Positions 25,134 to 38,019 of a DNA stretch of 64,000 nt are shown piece by piece. Source of the DNA: Haliotis cracherodii (taxonomy: Eukaryota); assembly GCF_022045235.1 (NCBI RefSeq), contig NW_027266273.1, positions 19,840,001 to 19,904,000 on the forward strand. The letters run 5' to 3'. The position numbers and the translations under genes are program-made. The notes beneath the pieces are model-generated. The model saw only the letters and a program-made list of their open reading frames with translations, had not been told where the DNA came from and ran no database searches. Each line of letters begins with the position of its first letter. Within the stretch, counting starts at the first letter, position 1.

Positions 25134-25382
25134 ATGATAAAACGCCGAAAACGCAACATTGTAACCTGCCTCGTAGTTGCTGCGTTGTTCTATACTTGCC
25201 GGCAGCTGAGGAGGCAGGGAGAAAGTACAGAACCCTCCGTCAACGATGTCGTCAGTGAAATGGCCCAGACTCGGAATCATTCCGCCATGGTTTCCGGGAG
25301 TTCTTGCTCCCGGGACAGTCCGACACCAGAGCTCGACAAACAAGCAATGGAGACATTCAAGGTCCATGACTTACTTAGAATG
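25134..25382 (+). CDS. CHST15-like coding exon 1
   Basis: tttcag at 25130, then ACT ATG; MIKRRKRNIVTCLVVAALFY...LLRM|gtaagt. Confidence 0.8.
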
Positions 25383-28300
25383 GTAAGTGGCGCTTGTTCA
25401 GCTGTGACACCGGGTGTTATCTTTATAAATTAATGTTAGGGAGTACAGCGTGTAAGTGAGTGAGTCTTCGAGTCACTACCCTATAAACGAACAACACCCA
25501 CCCAACGCCCGGGAGTACATTTAAGAAGGGTTATATTTACTAGATTGATAACTAAATTAGTTATCCCGTAGATATTTTTTTTTTTTTTGCTGCCTATTAA
25601 AGTGATACCATTGCAGGACAACCCGTCCTTAACTATTGCAGGTTATTGCTGAAATCATTCATCAGCTCCTGTTTGCATGAACATTTCAATTATAATTATA
25701 AGTAAACCACATATTAACAAATGTTATATTTGGGATAACACTTTCTCAGTTAACTACAGATTCTTTGTGGGATTTTTGGGGGGTTGAGTCCCGTCCGGGA
25801 TTCGAACCCACACTGCCAGAGTGAGGCACCTAATCGCCTGCACTCAAAGTCAGCGATCTAACCTACTCAGCCACCGAGGCTTCCACAAAATGAAAGTCCG
25901 ACAACTGGTAGTCTCGTTCACTTACTAAAAGTATGATAATCTGTACTTTACTTAGAAAGGGTTATCCATGAAGTGCCAGTGTGGATAGACCAGTGCTTTC
26001 ATGTTTATGATATGACATTTTGTACAGAATTGATTTTTTCTGGAGTTAAGAGAGCAAAAAAACAGATACTGATTCTATATTTAAAGATGCAAATTCCAAA
26101 ATACAAACCTTATTTTCACGTTAATAAAAAGGACAACATTGAAAAAGATATTGATTATAGGTGATCAGCAGCACTTCTATGGCGCCTGGATGCTGTATCA
26201 TAAACCTTTCGAAAACAAGGAGCAGTTTGAAAAGTGTTATCCTAAATATAACATTTGTTACATTTGACCACTTTCTAAATGGCATTGTGTGTTGATAAAC
26301 CACATATTGTGTGAACGCCAATTATCATTGTCTAAGATTTGTTGTATGACATCTATATGTACCAACCAATGTTTTTCTTTATTGTAGAAGAAGCATGACT
26401 TCTTGGCGGACTACAGGAACCCATGCTGGCGGAATCCCAATACCGGCAGGCTGAAATGTCTGCCATATTTCTATCTTGCGGGTTTTGCAAAATGTGGTAC
26501 GACTTTTACCTTTCGAACTATATTCAGTCATCCAGATACAGCGATGCCGGAAGTCAAAGAATCACATTGGTTATCAAAAACAAGGTTTAAAAGTAAGTGT
26601 GACCCCACTCTTTGTGTATTCTTTCTTTATATAAGCAGATGGATTGTCTATTTCATATGGGAGGACAATTGCAAACAAAGTTTCGGTTTGGCCACCGTCA
26701 GTACACGAATGTTATTTGTCCATTATTGGAGTCTGTTCTAGCTAGTTCGTTCTCATAGGGACCATATGCAAAATTAATGGTAATCCACGAGATCCAGCGT
26801 CCCAAGGACATCGTTGCAGATCCAGCGTCTCAAGGACATCAGTGCAGATCCAGTGTTTCAAGGACATTGAGGCAGATCCAGTGTTCCAAGGACATCGCTG
26901 CAGATCCAGTATTCCAAGGACATCGCTGCAGATCCAGCGTTTCAAGGACATTGGTACAGGGCCAGCGGTTCCAGGGCATCGCTGCAGATCAAACGTCCCA
27001 AGGACATCGCTCCAGATCTAGCATCTCAAGGACGTCGCTGCAGACACAGCGTCTCTAGGACATCGCTGCAGATACAGCGTCTCTAGGACATCGCTCCACA
27101 TCTATCTTCTCAAGGACATCGCTGCAGATACAGCGTCTCTAGAACATCGCTCCAGATCTAGCATCTCAAGGATATCGCTGCAGAACGCTTTCCTCTGCTA
27201 GAAATAAGTTTGCAAACTTTTTCAGTGAAGCATTTTCCTATATTTCTCGAGTTCTGAGCATTTATGTCAAAACCATTTCAAGGCTTTTCAAGTCTGAGTC
27301 ACACGCAGAAACGTGGGTTCCAACTTGAGCTAAAACGAAATTATTTTTGAGTAATTGGAGATGTCTGTCGCTTTTAAAATGGCTTTTAAATATTCACTGA
27401 CACTTGTTGCAATATTGTGTAAAGATGAAACATAAATAGAACGTGGTAAACATCACTTACTGTGATGACGTAACTTTAACTCTTGACAAAATGTTTCAAA
27501 GAGATGCACAAAACATGGAGAATTAATAGCCATTAATGAGTTTCTAAATGTGGCTGCTGTTGTGGTCATGTTTAAAGTCGGATCGGAATTCTGTGAACAA
27601 TTTTAGAGACATTACAGCTTGGATCATTCATACAAAATTTCAACTGAAAAATGTCTGTAAATCTATTCTTTGTCTAAGTTCACATAAACCCAGCAACACA
27701 GGTACAGTCAACTACGTTTATAACAAACACGCTTCACAACGAACTGACGGATATAACGAACTTATGTTTCAGTCCAGACCATTTGTTGTATATATGCTGC
27801 ATGTATGCTTATAACGAACTACGGTTATTACGAACTAAAATTAGCGGTCCCCTCGAGTTCGTTATAACCGTAGTTTACTGTATGTTGTCGACATGCAACT
27901 AATGTGACTAAGGGATGCAACTCATGCGACAACAACTGACCTACCATCTTAAACCAAAATCAAATTACATGTATGTGTTCGGTGACCCGATATTGATTTA
28001 TTTAGTAGGCATAGTAGTCAATGCTTGTTTTCATTTGAGGTGTCAGTAAACTGAATTTGGCTTAAATCTATGAACTGTGGAAGAATATGTGATTTGACAA
28101 CTTAAATGAAACGTAATGACGTATTGGAAGTTGTAATCTCATGTGACAATCTAGATTTAAGAATTAGACCCTGAAACGAGGACACTTTCATTAATGTATA
28201 ATCACTATGGTTGGTTGGTTTGTTGTTAAACACCGCACTCAGCAATATTCAAGTTATATGACGGCGGTCTGTAAATAATCGAGTCTGGACCAGACAATAC

Positions 28301-31300
28301 AGTGATTAATATCATGAGCATCGACCCACGCAATTGGGATTGATGACATGCATCAACCAAGTCAGCGGGTCTGACCACCCGATCCAGTTAATCGCCTCTT
28401 ACGACAAGCATAGTCGCCTTTTACGGCAAGCATGGGTTGCTGAAGACCTATTCTACCCCGGATCTTCATGAATCTTTAAACAGTATTGCACATGATAGAA
28501 CATGAAGGCACGTCAACAACATATTGAATATTTTATTGTTGACTAAAGAATATCATATTCTTTGTTGGTGATTAAGTTGAAATGACTTTAATTAGCTACT
28601 AATTACACAGGTAGAAGGGTTTGAACATATTGATTCTTGATTCAGATTCTTGAAGCCCAAATGGATGACGCATTGTACACGTATATATAATTGTGTTCAT
28701 GCATATTCCCTCAGTAATCATGGTGATTCTTAGATTCAGCCTATGATCAAAGGGTTCTGGCAGAAGTTTAGGATGGATTTTTTTATATTTTGCGACAAAA
28801 CTCTTTGATGTCCTTGCTTTTATGGCATTGAAAAGGTTTGGAATAAACGCTTGAACTCGGAAAATATAGGAAAATGCGACACTGACAATATATTTGCAAA
28901 CGTACTTCTGGCAGAGGAACGCGTTTTCTTCCGTTGTGGAAAGATCGCCTGCCGTACATGATAACAGGGGGTGATATGTAGACATTTCCAAAAGAAACAT
29001 GGGATATATGAAAATAAACAGGGGGTGGTGCTTTCCAGCCTACAATCAACACACTACAATGACTTCTAATGTACATACATTCTTCCTTCCAGGTCAGTCC
29101 AACTTTCTAGATTATCTTGAGGTGTTCGCCCCTGCTGCCAAAAAGATGGAGGCGAATTTGCGACCGCACCCTCTTGATGGGAAGCCGTTCCACCACCTCA
29201 TCACAGGTACCGACGTCGGTGTCAACACACCACGCACTCAGCAATATAATACGGTTGGCATGGGTAACAAGTATTACAACAATGGTTGATAGCATAAGAA
29301 ATAATCCACCGTGGTACGATAAAAACCTCCGCAAAGCACTAATGTTGCGGACACCTAATCCCAATATAGTCGGCTTTTATAAACAATTCGTGCTTAAGGC
29401 CAACCGTGCCCTAACTTATGGATTTATAGAAATAAATGAGTAATAAAAATAAAAATATAAGCATGTTCCCATGAAAGAGTGAAACAATCACATGTCTATC
29501 TCTACCGGAAGCACCCGCCACTCACACAATTTGCATACCAAATGTTTGTTGTCTAACGCCGCACAGCAGTACTCCTGCATTCGATGGCTGCTTGTATACA
29601 ATCGAGTCTTGACCAGAAATCCAGTGATGGGCCTGGCAATCTAGTGCCTCCATACAGCATTTGGCATCATTACTTTAAGGGCTGTTAAGGCTTCATGGTA
29701 AAATCGTACGGCGACTTTCATGAGGTTCCTAAAGCGTGTCGAAGTAGTTGGGAGGTCGTTGTGCTGATAGTCTTTGTGAACCTGCACACTGGACCATTTC
29801 CAATGAATTCATCGAGTGTTTAATTAACAACGATGAGCATGATTTTGCCCAGTTCTTAGCAATATTCCAACACAATTACGGCGGGGGGACACCAGAAATT
29901 GTCTTCACACATTGTATCCATGAGGGGAATCGAACCCGAGACTTAGGCGTGACGAGAGAACGTCACAAACAACAAAGAATCTAGATTTGAGGGTAAGATG
30001 TTGTTCTATGAGTCTTTACACTGTTTCCCATGCCAAGGTGACGGGTCGGCCTCTACAGTATGGCGGAATCACTTCTGGGACTACCTGCCAGGGAACTACT
30101 ACTGCCCCGAACCACGTGTCGTCACCCCGCATTATGTCCACCACCTCAACCCCTCGGCCAGAGTCATCATCATGACCAGAGACCCGGCAGAGAGGTCAGT
30201 GAAACTGCAACCCTTGCGTGATTACTCCCATGCATGATCTCTTAGTTGCACTGTTGTGTCGCGTAACTTGCGCAGCGCAACTATGACATTGTACCAGTCT
30301 AGTGATCTTTAACTCATCTAGTGGTCTTTTAACGGCAGCCTGGAGTTCATTCCTCAGCCTGGTTCCCTGGGTATGCTGCGCTGGCGATACTCAGGGAACC
30401 AGGCTGGTCATTCCGCTGCCCACTTTCCAGCCATCATAAAATTTAGAGACCTAGCCATCATATGCTTTTTTAAATGAACGATGTGGATCGGAATTCAGCC
30501 ATAGTCACACAACCATTTCAGTGTTAAACCTTTTCATTTATGGGTAGAAATGTAGCCTATGGTAGTAATACGAATGGATTAAAATGGATCTGGTGGTCAG
30601 GCCCGGTGACCGATTGCTGTCATCGTACCTGATGGGGTGCATCTTCGCATATACATTCAGTCACTGGCTTGTCCGACCAACAAATGCGAGAGTCGCAATA
30701 ATGCTGACTTCGGCGTTAAACAACATTCACTCACGCATCTTCCTTTTTGTGACCAGGATGATATCTGCGTACAACAACTTCGACCCCGGTACAGGGTCGC
30801 CCGAACACTTCCACGAATGTATGGCGAACCAGACCCAGGTGTACAGCGACTGTTTCTCCAGGTCCTCATACAGAGCATGCGTCTTCAATGAAACACTTAG
30901 GGTAACTTATTTTCAAATTGTAGGGTACTTTTTCTGTTCGGTGTTACAATAGGTAAACATAAACCCGTATTTTTCGTCGGTTCGGGGGGTCAAGGTATGG
31001 TTAATTTAAATGCATCAAATATATATATAAATAAGTGAGTGAATGAGTATGGTTTTACGCCGCTTTTAGCAATATTCCAGCAATATCACGGCGGGGGACA
31101 CCAGAAATGGACTTCACACATTGGACCCATGTCGGGAATCGAACCCGGGTCTTCAGCGTGACGAGCGAACGCTTTAACCACTAGGCTACCCGACGCCCCG
31201 TATAAATAAGAGCTTTTCGGATTTTTGAACCAACCATCTTTGGATGCATTTGGATTAGAATCCGGTTTATACATATTCCTCTGTGTACAATGTAGATGTA

Positions 31301-33251
31301 GTTTGACCTCGACCATAACGTGTGCCCAAGAACATTCTGATATCACAGATTTCACTCTCCTGAATATTGGAGACCTGTAAAAATCATTCAGTAGTTGGCG
31401 TGAAACTTTTGTATTTCAATTAAAACTTAATCTCATTCTCACGTCGGTGAAACATAGCCCACACTACAGTGCTAACACAAGTCAGAACAAGTTTGGAACG
31501 CTTCCCGTGTTTGTATCGCATATCTTTCATACACAGCACACGTACTGACATATTGGTTATTATTTTCAGATAGTCACATCTAAAGGACATCACGTGAGTA
31601 TGTGTGTGAAACTTACTTTGAAACATAACACGTTATTACGCAAAAATAGGCTCTCAGAAATTTATAGAATACGTTAAAATGTAGTAGGTGTGGTTTTTTT
31701 TCTAGATCTACCAACTAACAGATACCTGAATATTAAGAGCGGTGAATGTCAATGAATACACAATGCCATTTAGAAAGTGGTCAAATGTAACAAATGTTAT
31801 ATTTGGGATAATGTCGAGTTAAACTATACAAGTTACCGAGAAAGATTAAAACGTATGTGTGTTACCAGAGGCTGTATTTTTGTTATGGACTCTGGTGTTA
31901 CATGGTGTTATACTATTGTCTTGTTTCAGTGTCAGGTGGTGGCCGGCCTGTTCCACGTGTTCATCAGTGATTGGCTGGCTGTGTTCCCACGTGATCAGAT
32001 CCTTATTATCAAAATGGAGGATATGCGAGATGATTTTTACAACGTTTTCGCAAAGATATTCAAATTTCTTGGTCTAAGTAAGAGTTTATTATTTCTCGAT
32101 TAGGGTACATATTTGAAATGATATTAAACTTTTTCTCATACACTGAATAATCAGTGTAATTATGTGCTGGAACCCCCGTTGTTGGTATGTTTAGTGGGTG
32201 AGTGAGTAAGTTGGGTTTAGCACCGCCCTGAACAGTATTCAAGTTACGCTTATGGTGCGGACAAACCTGTAAACATATTCGGAGACAACCGAGATTCGAA
32301 CCAACGATCCTAGGTGTATGGCATGTCCAAGGGACACAACTCTGCACAGCGAATTAAGGCGCTTTAAACGACAGGGCCACTCATGTTTAATCCAAGTTAG
32401 ATATACCATGTTATTTTATGAACTAAGAAACTAATACCCACATGACGTTGCTGGTCAAAGAAAATCCGAATTCAGTTTTGATTAGGACTTCCTCATTACA
32501 GTTTGTTCAGTTAAGTTTGGTATTTCCCGCATATTCTCACAATCCTGACGCCGATTATCAGATTATCAGCGATCGATCAGCCATTGCGTTTATCTGCGTG
32601 GCCCACCTACATCTATGGGGAACCCCTCACAAGACACTTCCCTCTCGTAGTTAACGTCGTCCAATATATGACGCCATCAACTTGCTAGCGCATATACGAA
32701 TCACCAGAAATCAACTCATGATAGAACAATGTTTATCTTGAAATGAACCACGCTTTGTTCTTCATTGTTCTTTGCGATTTTTCGCGTAGCTATCTTAAAT
32801 AATTGATAGACTGGTCAGGGTTGGTAACTTGGTTGATACTTGACGGCATCGTGACTTGACATCATATACGTACCTTAACGGCGTGGGACGTTGCCATCAG
32901 CGTCTTTTCTGGTTCAGACTCGAGTATTTACAGGCCTCCGTGATGGAACTGGAATAATGTTTGCTGCAGCGTTATACAACAAACAAGCAAAACAAACTGA
33001 AGTAGGGTAGCAACAAGGGAATATGCAACATGCATCTATCGATATCAGAGTTGAGTTACATATGTGATATACTTTCAGGTCCTTTATCAAGATCAGTGAT
33101 GGACCAACTGGAGAATGAGGCAAAGTCAAAGTCAAGAACCAAACGGGTACACATGATGGACAAGACACGCCAACTGCTGAATGACTTCTACAAGCCCCAC
33201 AACATTCAGCTGACCAAACTGATAGATGATAGCAAACGTCCACGTGTGTGA
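25134..33251 (+). CDS. Carbohydrate sulfotransferase 15-like (GalNAc4S-6ST family) type II Golgi sulfotransferase; join(25134-25382,26388-26592,29093-29206,30038-30194,30757-30901,[31570-31593],31930-32077,33079-33251), about 404 aa
   Basis: Basic N-terminal tail plus TM helix. NPCW...LxCLPYFYLAGFAKCGTT (5'-PAPS-binding loop), GDGSAST, RDPAERMISAY (3'-PAPS-binding), WLAVFPRDQILIIKMED and TRQLLNDFYKPHN. Phases consistent. Orthology within this family is not determinable by eye. Confidence 0.9.
25700..25890 (-). mobile_element. Repeat with tRNA-like segment (family E)
   Basis: A/B-box-like motifs; shares sequence with 34790-34910(+), 26230-26295 and 31755-31812. Confidence 0.55.
26388..26592 (+). 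CDS. CHST15-like exon 2
   Basis: KKHDFLADYRNPCW...AKCGTT...KESHWLSKTRFK|gtaagt; tandem acceptor TAG AAG AAG. Confidence 0.9.
26790..27185 (+). repeat. 28-bp minisatellite x~14 (CHST15-like intron 2)
   Basis: CAAGGACATCGCTGCAGATCCAGCGTCT. Confidence 0.95.
27705..27880. mobile_element. pogo/Tigger-like MITE
   Basis: TA|CAGTCAACTACG..TATAAC ... GTTATAACCGTAGTTTACTG|TA; internal TATAACGAA repeats. Confidence 0.8.
28208..28474 (-). mobile_element. Retroposon family B, full length
   Basis: Homology. Confidence 0.87.
29093..29206 (+). CDS. CHST15-like exon 3
   Basis: ttccag|QSNFLDYLEVFAPAAKK...HHLIT|gtaccg. Confidence 0.87.
30038..30194 (+). CDS. CHST15-like exon 4
   Basis: GDGSASTVW...ARVIIMTRDPAE|gtcagt. 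Confidence 0.9.
30757..30901 (+). CDS. CHST15-like exon 5
   Basis: accag|RMISAYNNF...SPEHFH...YRACVFNETLR|gtaact. Confidence 0.87.
31036..31199 (-). mobile_element. SINE family A
   Basis: Near-identical to the 23921 copy; TSD TATAAATAAG. Confidence 0.9.
31570..31593 (+). CDS. Candidate 24-nt in-frame microexon of CHST15-like gene (IVTSKGHH)
   Basis: TACTGAC branch-like site, T-rich tract, tttcag| 24 nt |gtgagt; phase 0-0. Confidence 0.6.
31930..32077 (+). CDS. CHST15-like exon
   Basis: tttcag|CQVVAGLFHVFISDWLAVFPRDQILIIKMED...IFKFLGL|gtaaga. Confidence 0.9.
33079..33251 (+). CDS. CHST15-like terminal exon
   Basis: tttcag|PLSRSVM...MMDKTRQLLNDFYKPHNIQLTKLIDDSKRPRV*. Confidence 0.88.
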
Positions 33252-33695
33252 TGAAGGTGAACCAAGAGCTGCCAGATGACTCTTGTGTGCGAACCTTATT
33301 GTGGACCAGCATCAGAAGGTCCTGTGATGTTTCGGGGCGAGTGAAAGGGACAGTTCCTTTTTAGCTCACCAAGAGGTCATGCTACCAGAAGATTGTTGTG
33401 TGCGAATCTTCTTGTGAACCAGAATCAGAAGGTCATGTGATGTTTCGGGGCGAGTGAAAGGGACAGTTCCTTTTTAGATAGCCAAGAGCTCATGCTACCA
33501 GACGATTGTTGTGTACAAACCTTCTTGTGGATCAGCATCGGAAGGTCATGTGATGTTGCGGGGTGAGTGAAAGGGACAGTTCCTTCTTAGCTCACCAAGA
33601 GGTCATGCTGCAAGAGGACTGTCTACAAACCTTGTCAACCAGCGTCAGATGGTCATGTGACGAGCTGCGAGTGAGAGGGATGTGTTCTTTTTTAA
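33245..33695 (+). repeat. ~113-bp tandem repeat x~4 directly after the CHST15-like stop codon
   Basis: GTGA(A/G)AGGGA at 33341, 33454, 33567 and 33671. Confidence 0.9.
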
Positions 33696-34154
33696 GACAG
33701 GGATTGAGCAGAAATTAAAACGTAAACGCCTCAGGAAATTCCTTGGCGTTACATGAAATGAACAGTGTAAACAACATTGGACCAGGTCCTGGAAACCTAA
33801 ATATAGTGTCGTTGTAAACTGACAGGCATGACATAAGGAGTTGACACCAGTTGCATGACTTCTGCATGACCTCCAGTGAATTGTGTTACTCCACTCTTAA
33901 TGGATGACATTGCGGGGATTTGTCAGCACGGGACACGTGGGGTTGTGTTCATGGGAGTTGTGTTCACGAGAGTCATGTACATGTGATGTGACTTACAATC
34001 AGACTGTAGACGTCAAGTCGACAAAAAGAATAAGACAGATGATAAAACGAATTTCCCAAAGTAATCAAAAGTATATTGACAGAAAGAAAAGGCAGTGTTA
34101 TCGTCTCAGGCAAAGTGCATCTGACAAACAATCACCTCACCTGTAGAAGGTGTG

Positions 34155-34288
34155 AATGAGTGAGTTTGATTTTACGCCGCTTTTAGCAATATTCCAGCAA
34201 TATCACGGCGGGGGACACCAGAAATGGGCTTCACACATTGTACCCATGTCGGGAATCGAACCCGGGTCTTCGGTGTGACGAGCGAACG
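34155..34288 (-). mobile_element. SINE family A, 5' truncated
   Basis: Homology to other copies. Confidence 0.85.
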
Positions 34289-35800
34289 TCTGAAGAACGC
34301 TGTAGTTGGGGAGCTCAGTTCTCTTGCATCTGCGGTCTGAAGCAGTCCACGTTTTTGTATATATTTTTGTCCTGTCAATGCATTAATATTCATGAGCCGA
34401 ACGCCGGAAGTAGATGTTCGGGACGTGCGTCTTTTGTCGGTGTCTCAACTATTGTTTGCGTGAATGATATGCTTATGTTTTGTGAAGTATTGAGGGTGTT
34501 CGACGAGGAGATATTGAGTGAAGGATATAGGCTTGTACAAACCTTTATTTCATATTTGTAGATAAATAGTTCGATGTTTAAGTTTACCTACTGGTTTTGA
34601 CTTGTGTCTTCTTGAATGAAACATGCAATTCTTATATTATTGACATGATTGTGAAAGTTCATCCATTTGGCATTTCCGGAGAAGTGACAATAAAGATACC
34701 CAATTTTCTGCAAGTAGTGAAGACAATATACGTAACATGACGTAAGGAAATGTTCACTTACTCTATTTGCAATCAGTTTGAAGCCTAGGTGATTGAGTGG
34801 TGCCTTACTCTTAGAGGTGTGGGTTCGAATCTCGGATGGAACTTAACCCCCAATAGTACTAGAATTTGTACTTTACAAAGAAAGTGTAATCCTAAATATA
34901 ACATATGTTAAGTCTGATATTCAGAATTACTAATATGTTATATTTGGAACAGAAATTTCATTGCCTGGATGTTTTCTGTTATAAATATGAAACTTTGTGT
35001 ATTCCACAATCCGGCAATTCCCCTGTAATAAATGACCGGTCCACTAGGTGGATGACCAGTAACAACCATCACTATCTACAAGAAGTCACATTTGGTTCTG
35101 TGTTAAACCATAATACAATCCTGTTTTCCCAAATATATTTCTGACTGTACTGCATAGTCGAAAACATATTTAATGATATTTTGTATAACCATTTGGAATG
35201 GTACTGTTAATATATTCCTGAGTGTCATTATATATACATTATATACATAAAAATGTTAATAAACACAGATATCATATCATAACAGTATATACATCAAAAT
35301 ACGATATAATAATCGTTAAAAACGTTCAGACTTCTTGAAACGCATGAACGAAAACCCTTTCCACATATCCAGGATGCTCTTTAGACAAAAAGCTAGTTTA
35401 GAATATGCCCGCCTTTAATGTTTTTTGGAGCGTGATGAAGGTGAGGTACTGTACCTGGGGTACTCGATGTTTTTTATTCATATTTGATTTAAAATGACTT
35501 TTTGCTTGATACACAAAGATGTAAAAGTAGACATAGCTTAACTTTTGTTTTGCAAAAAAGCTCTTGATAATGAGAGTGTTTCAGCGTCATGTGGGAGGAA
35601 GCCCTCAGATACAGGTGTTCAGACGTTCACCTGTACCACACGATGGAATGACAGATGAATGTAGTCATATGAAAGAATCGAACGGTCCTTATAATTGTAG
35701 TAGTATATTTGGAGAAACCAAAGAAATAGTATCTCTAAAGATCATCTAAACTGATGTAATTGGGATGTACTGGATTTCAAAATAACAATCTCGTTAAAAT

Positions 35801-37653
35801 GGTCTCCTCCCATTAATTAGACAGCCCAGTTGTGAGACACCTTAAAACAACAATGTCATACCTGGTTGCACATGTTAATCAGGTAATTAACCCCTATCAT
35901 GAAAATGGACTTGTCTTATTATAGACAAAAGAAATGACTCAAGATGCTTGATACCCTCTTTTACTTTATTTCATTCAACATTTTAATTCATCCATCCCTT
36001 AAATCCATTGTTTTAAAATATTCCCCACTTAGAGTTCAGTTAAAGTTAATTTCACAGTTCACATCACAGTTCACATCAAGGTTGTCACACTGACACAACC
36101 TTAATCCATCTTCAGAAGTTTGCCAACAGCATCCAAGAACTGGAGTGGTGTCTTGACACCATGGGATAGCTGATCCTTCAGTCTAGAAAGTCGATTGTCA
36201 ATCTCCTTGTACACACGCTTTCTTGCTGGTGGAGCTGCACCTAGGTCTAACTGAGATAGCTCGGTCTTCTCAGATTTCTCAATCTTCTTGATGATCTCGA
36301 TGAACCTGTAGAGATTAGGATGACGATGATTCAGTGATGCATTGAGGCGACTGTGGAAACCCTCCAGGTTGTTGTTGGTACTTGGGCCGAATGTCTGGTG
36401 ATGGTTCCACAGTGAAAGAGGGAATCTGGCTTCATAAGCATGTAATATGTAGTCGTTGAATTCGTCAGCATTCGGTACATCGGGAGACTGGCTCATGGAG
36501 TCAATCCATGCATCCTGAACCTGTTGAAGAGGCAGCAGAGGCAAGGCAGCAGCTCGTCGGATCCACTGTTCCACAAGGGGGTTATCTCTGTATCCAACAG
36601 CAAGACCAAGCTCCTGTGTTTTCCGCCAAATCGCCTGGGTAAAGTGGAAGAAACACCCCTTGATGTCTGAACCTTGAAACTCTATCTGGAGGGCTCTAAT
36701 GGCAGGAACTTCAAAGTCCACCTGGAATGTCTCTGGGTTGAATGGTTGGTTCAGTAGATGTTGGATGTGGACCTTCAACTGAGCAAAGAGGCGTTGGTAA
36801 GTTGTAGTCCGACGATCAGGCATCAATGCGTAGACTAGGGGATAGGTAATGCTTCCTTTCCGTGCATGCAGTATGTAAAGCTGATTCCAAAGATGTGGGC
36901 AGGCGGAGAAAGTACCATGGACTATGGAAGCTGACTGGAGGACTCTAAGCTGATCATCAGTTGCAAATACCAGCATCTTGTCTTCTTCACCGTCCTCAAA
37001 AAGCAGAAACCGCTCACCATCATGGGTCTCTCTCCATGGTGCTGCAATGTCGACTTCAGCTCTGGTTTTAGGGAGTTTCGGGATGGTGTGTGCGGTATAT
37101 GTACATGGCGCTGCCGACTGAGCTGAAGGAGGGAAATATAGCTGCGGCCTCCGGATCATGTCTCAAGACCTCGTCGTTGTAGAGGGCTAGCACAGGAGTG
37201 GTTGGTTCTTCTCTTGCTCTCTTCCTTAAGCTGCCAAGGAACTGGATTCTGCTGGAGTCTTCTGGTGGGTGGTTGTGTACAGTGAAATTTCTGACAAAAT
37301 TTCCAACTGTTGTACATTTGCCTATGCAGGTCTTAACGGTACATCGCCAGTGAGTACCAGTTTGTCTTACTTTGTTCTTGTAGTGGAGATATCCCTGAAA
37401 GAGGACCTGGAGAGTACCTCTTTGACTGGTAATGAACTCAACCTGCTGCAGACCTGCCATGATAAACTCATTTATTTCCTGAGAATATTCAAACAGAATT
37501 ACTGGCCTACTCATATTAATTAATCTGCTAATCATGGGCTGTGACCATTTTTAAGTGGGTAGACTGGCTGCGTTTGATTAATTATTCCCACCTACTCCAC
37601 TGTCTTACAATGGGTGTCTCACTAATGGGATGTCTTACTAATGGGATGTAACC
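35801..37653 (-). mobile_element. MULE/Mutator DNA transposon (FLYWCH + MULE transposase), about 1.85 kb, defective
   Basis: Imperfect ~41-bp TIRs (GGTCTCCTCCCATTAATTAGACAGCCCAGTTGTGAGACACC vs reverse complement of the right end); TSD GTTAAAAT at 35793-35800 and 37654-37661. Confidence 0.9.
36101..37460 (-). pseudogene. MULE transposase pseudogene
   Basis: FLYWCH-type WRC..C...HNH domain, DFE, GCFFHFTQAIWR and TNNNLEGFH motifs. Frameshift near 37100 splits it into two ORFs. The DGTF catalytic Asp is missing (IVHGTF). Confidence 0.85.
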
Positions 37654-38019
37654 GTTAAAATCATATTTTTGTTTTGCGGCAGCGAGAACTTAGATCTCAT
37701 TTTAATGAGATTGTCAAATAAGGATCTCTGATGAAACTGTTATCCTGATTAATAGGAGGTTTCGTTATAATGCAACCAAATCTGGTGTGTTGATATCCTT
37801 AACACATCAATGGGCAAGGTATCCAAGTTTCCATTACTTGGCGTGTTCATGCCACACCAGACATCCTCAGATAATTATATTATATTTGGAGAAATAAAAT
37901 AAGGACTATAAGGATGTTTTACTGCTGTGTGTGAGTTCTTCTGTGAGTTAGTGATAATGTTCATAATAAAATAGCTCATCCACCTAACATTTTGTTTTTC
38001 TCCTGGATTTTATTTAAAG

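Noticed and set aside
33310-33695. Possible snoRNA or hammerhead in the 113-bp units (TGTGATG, GAAA)
   Set aside because: No CTGATGA hammerhead core and no properly placed D box (CTGA) with a terminal stem.
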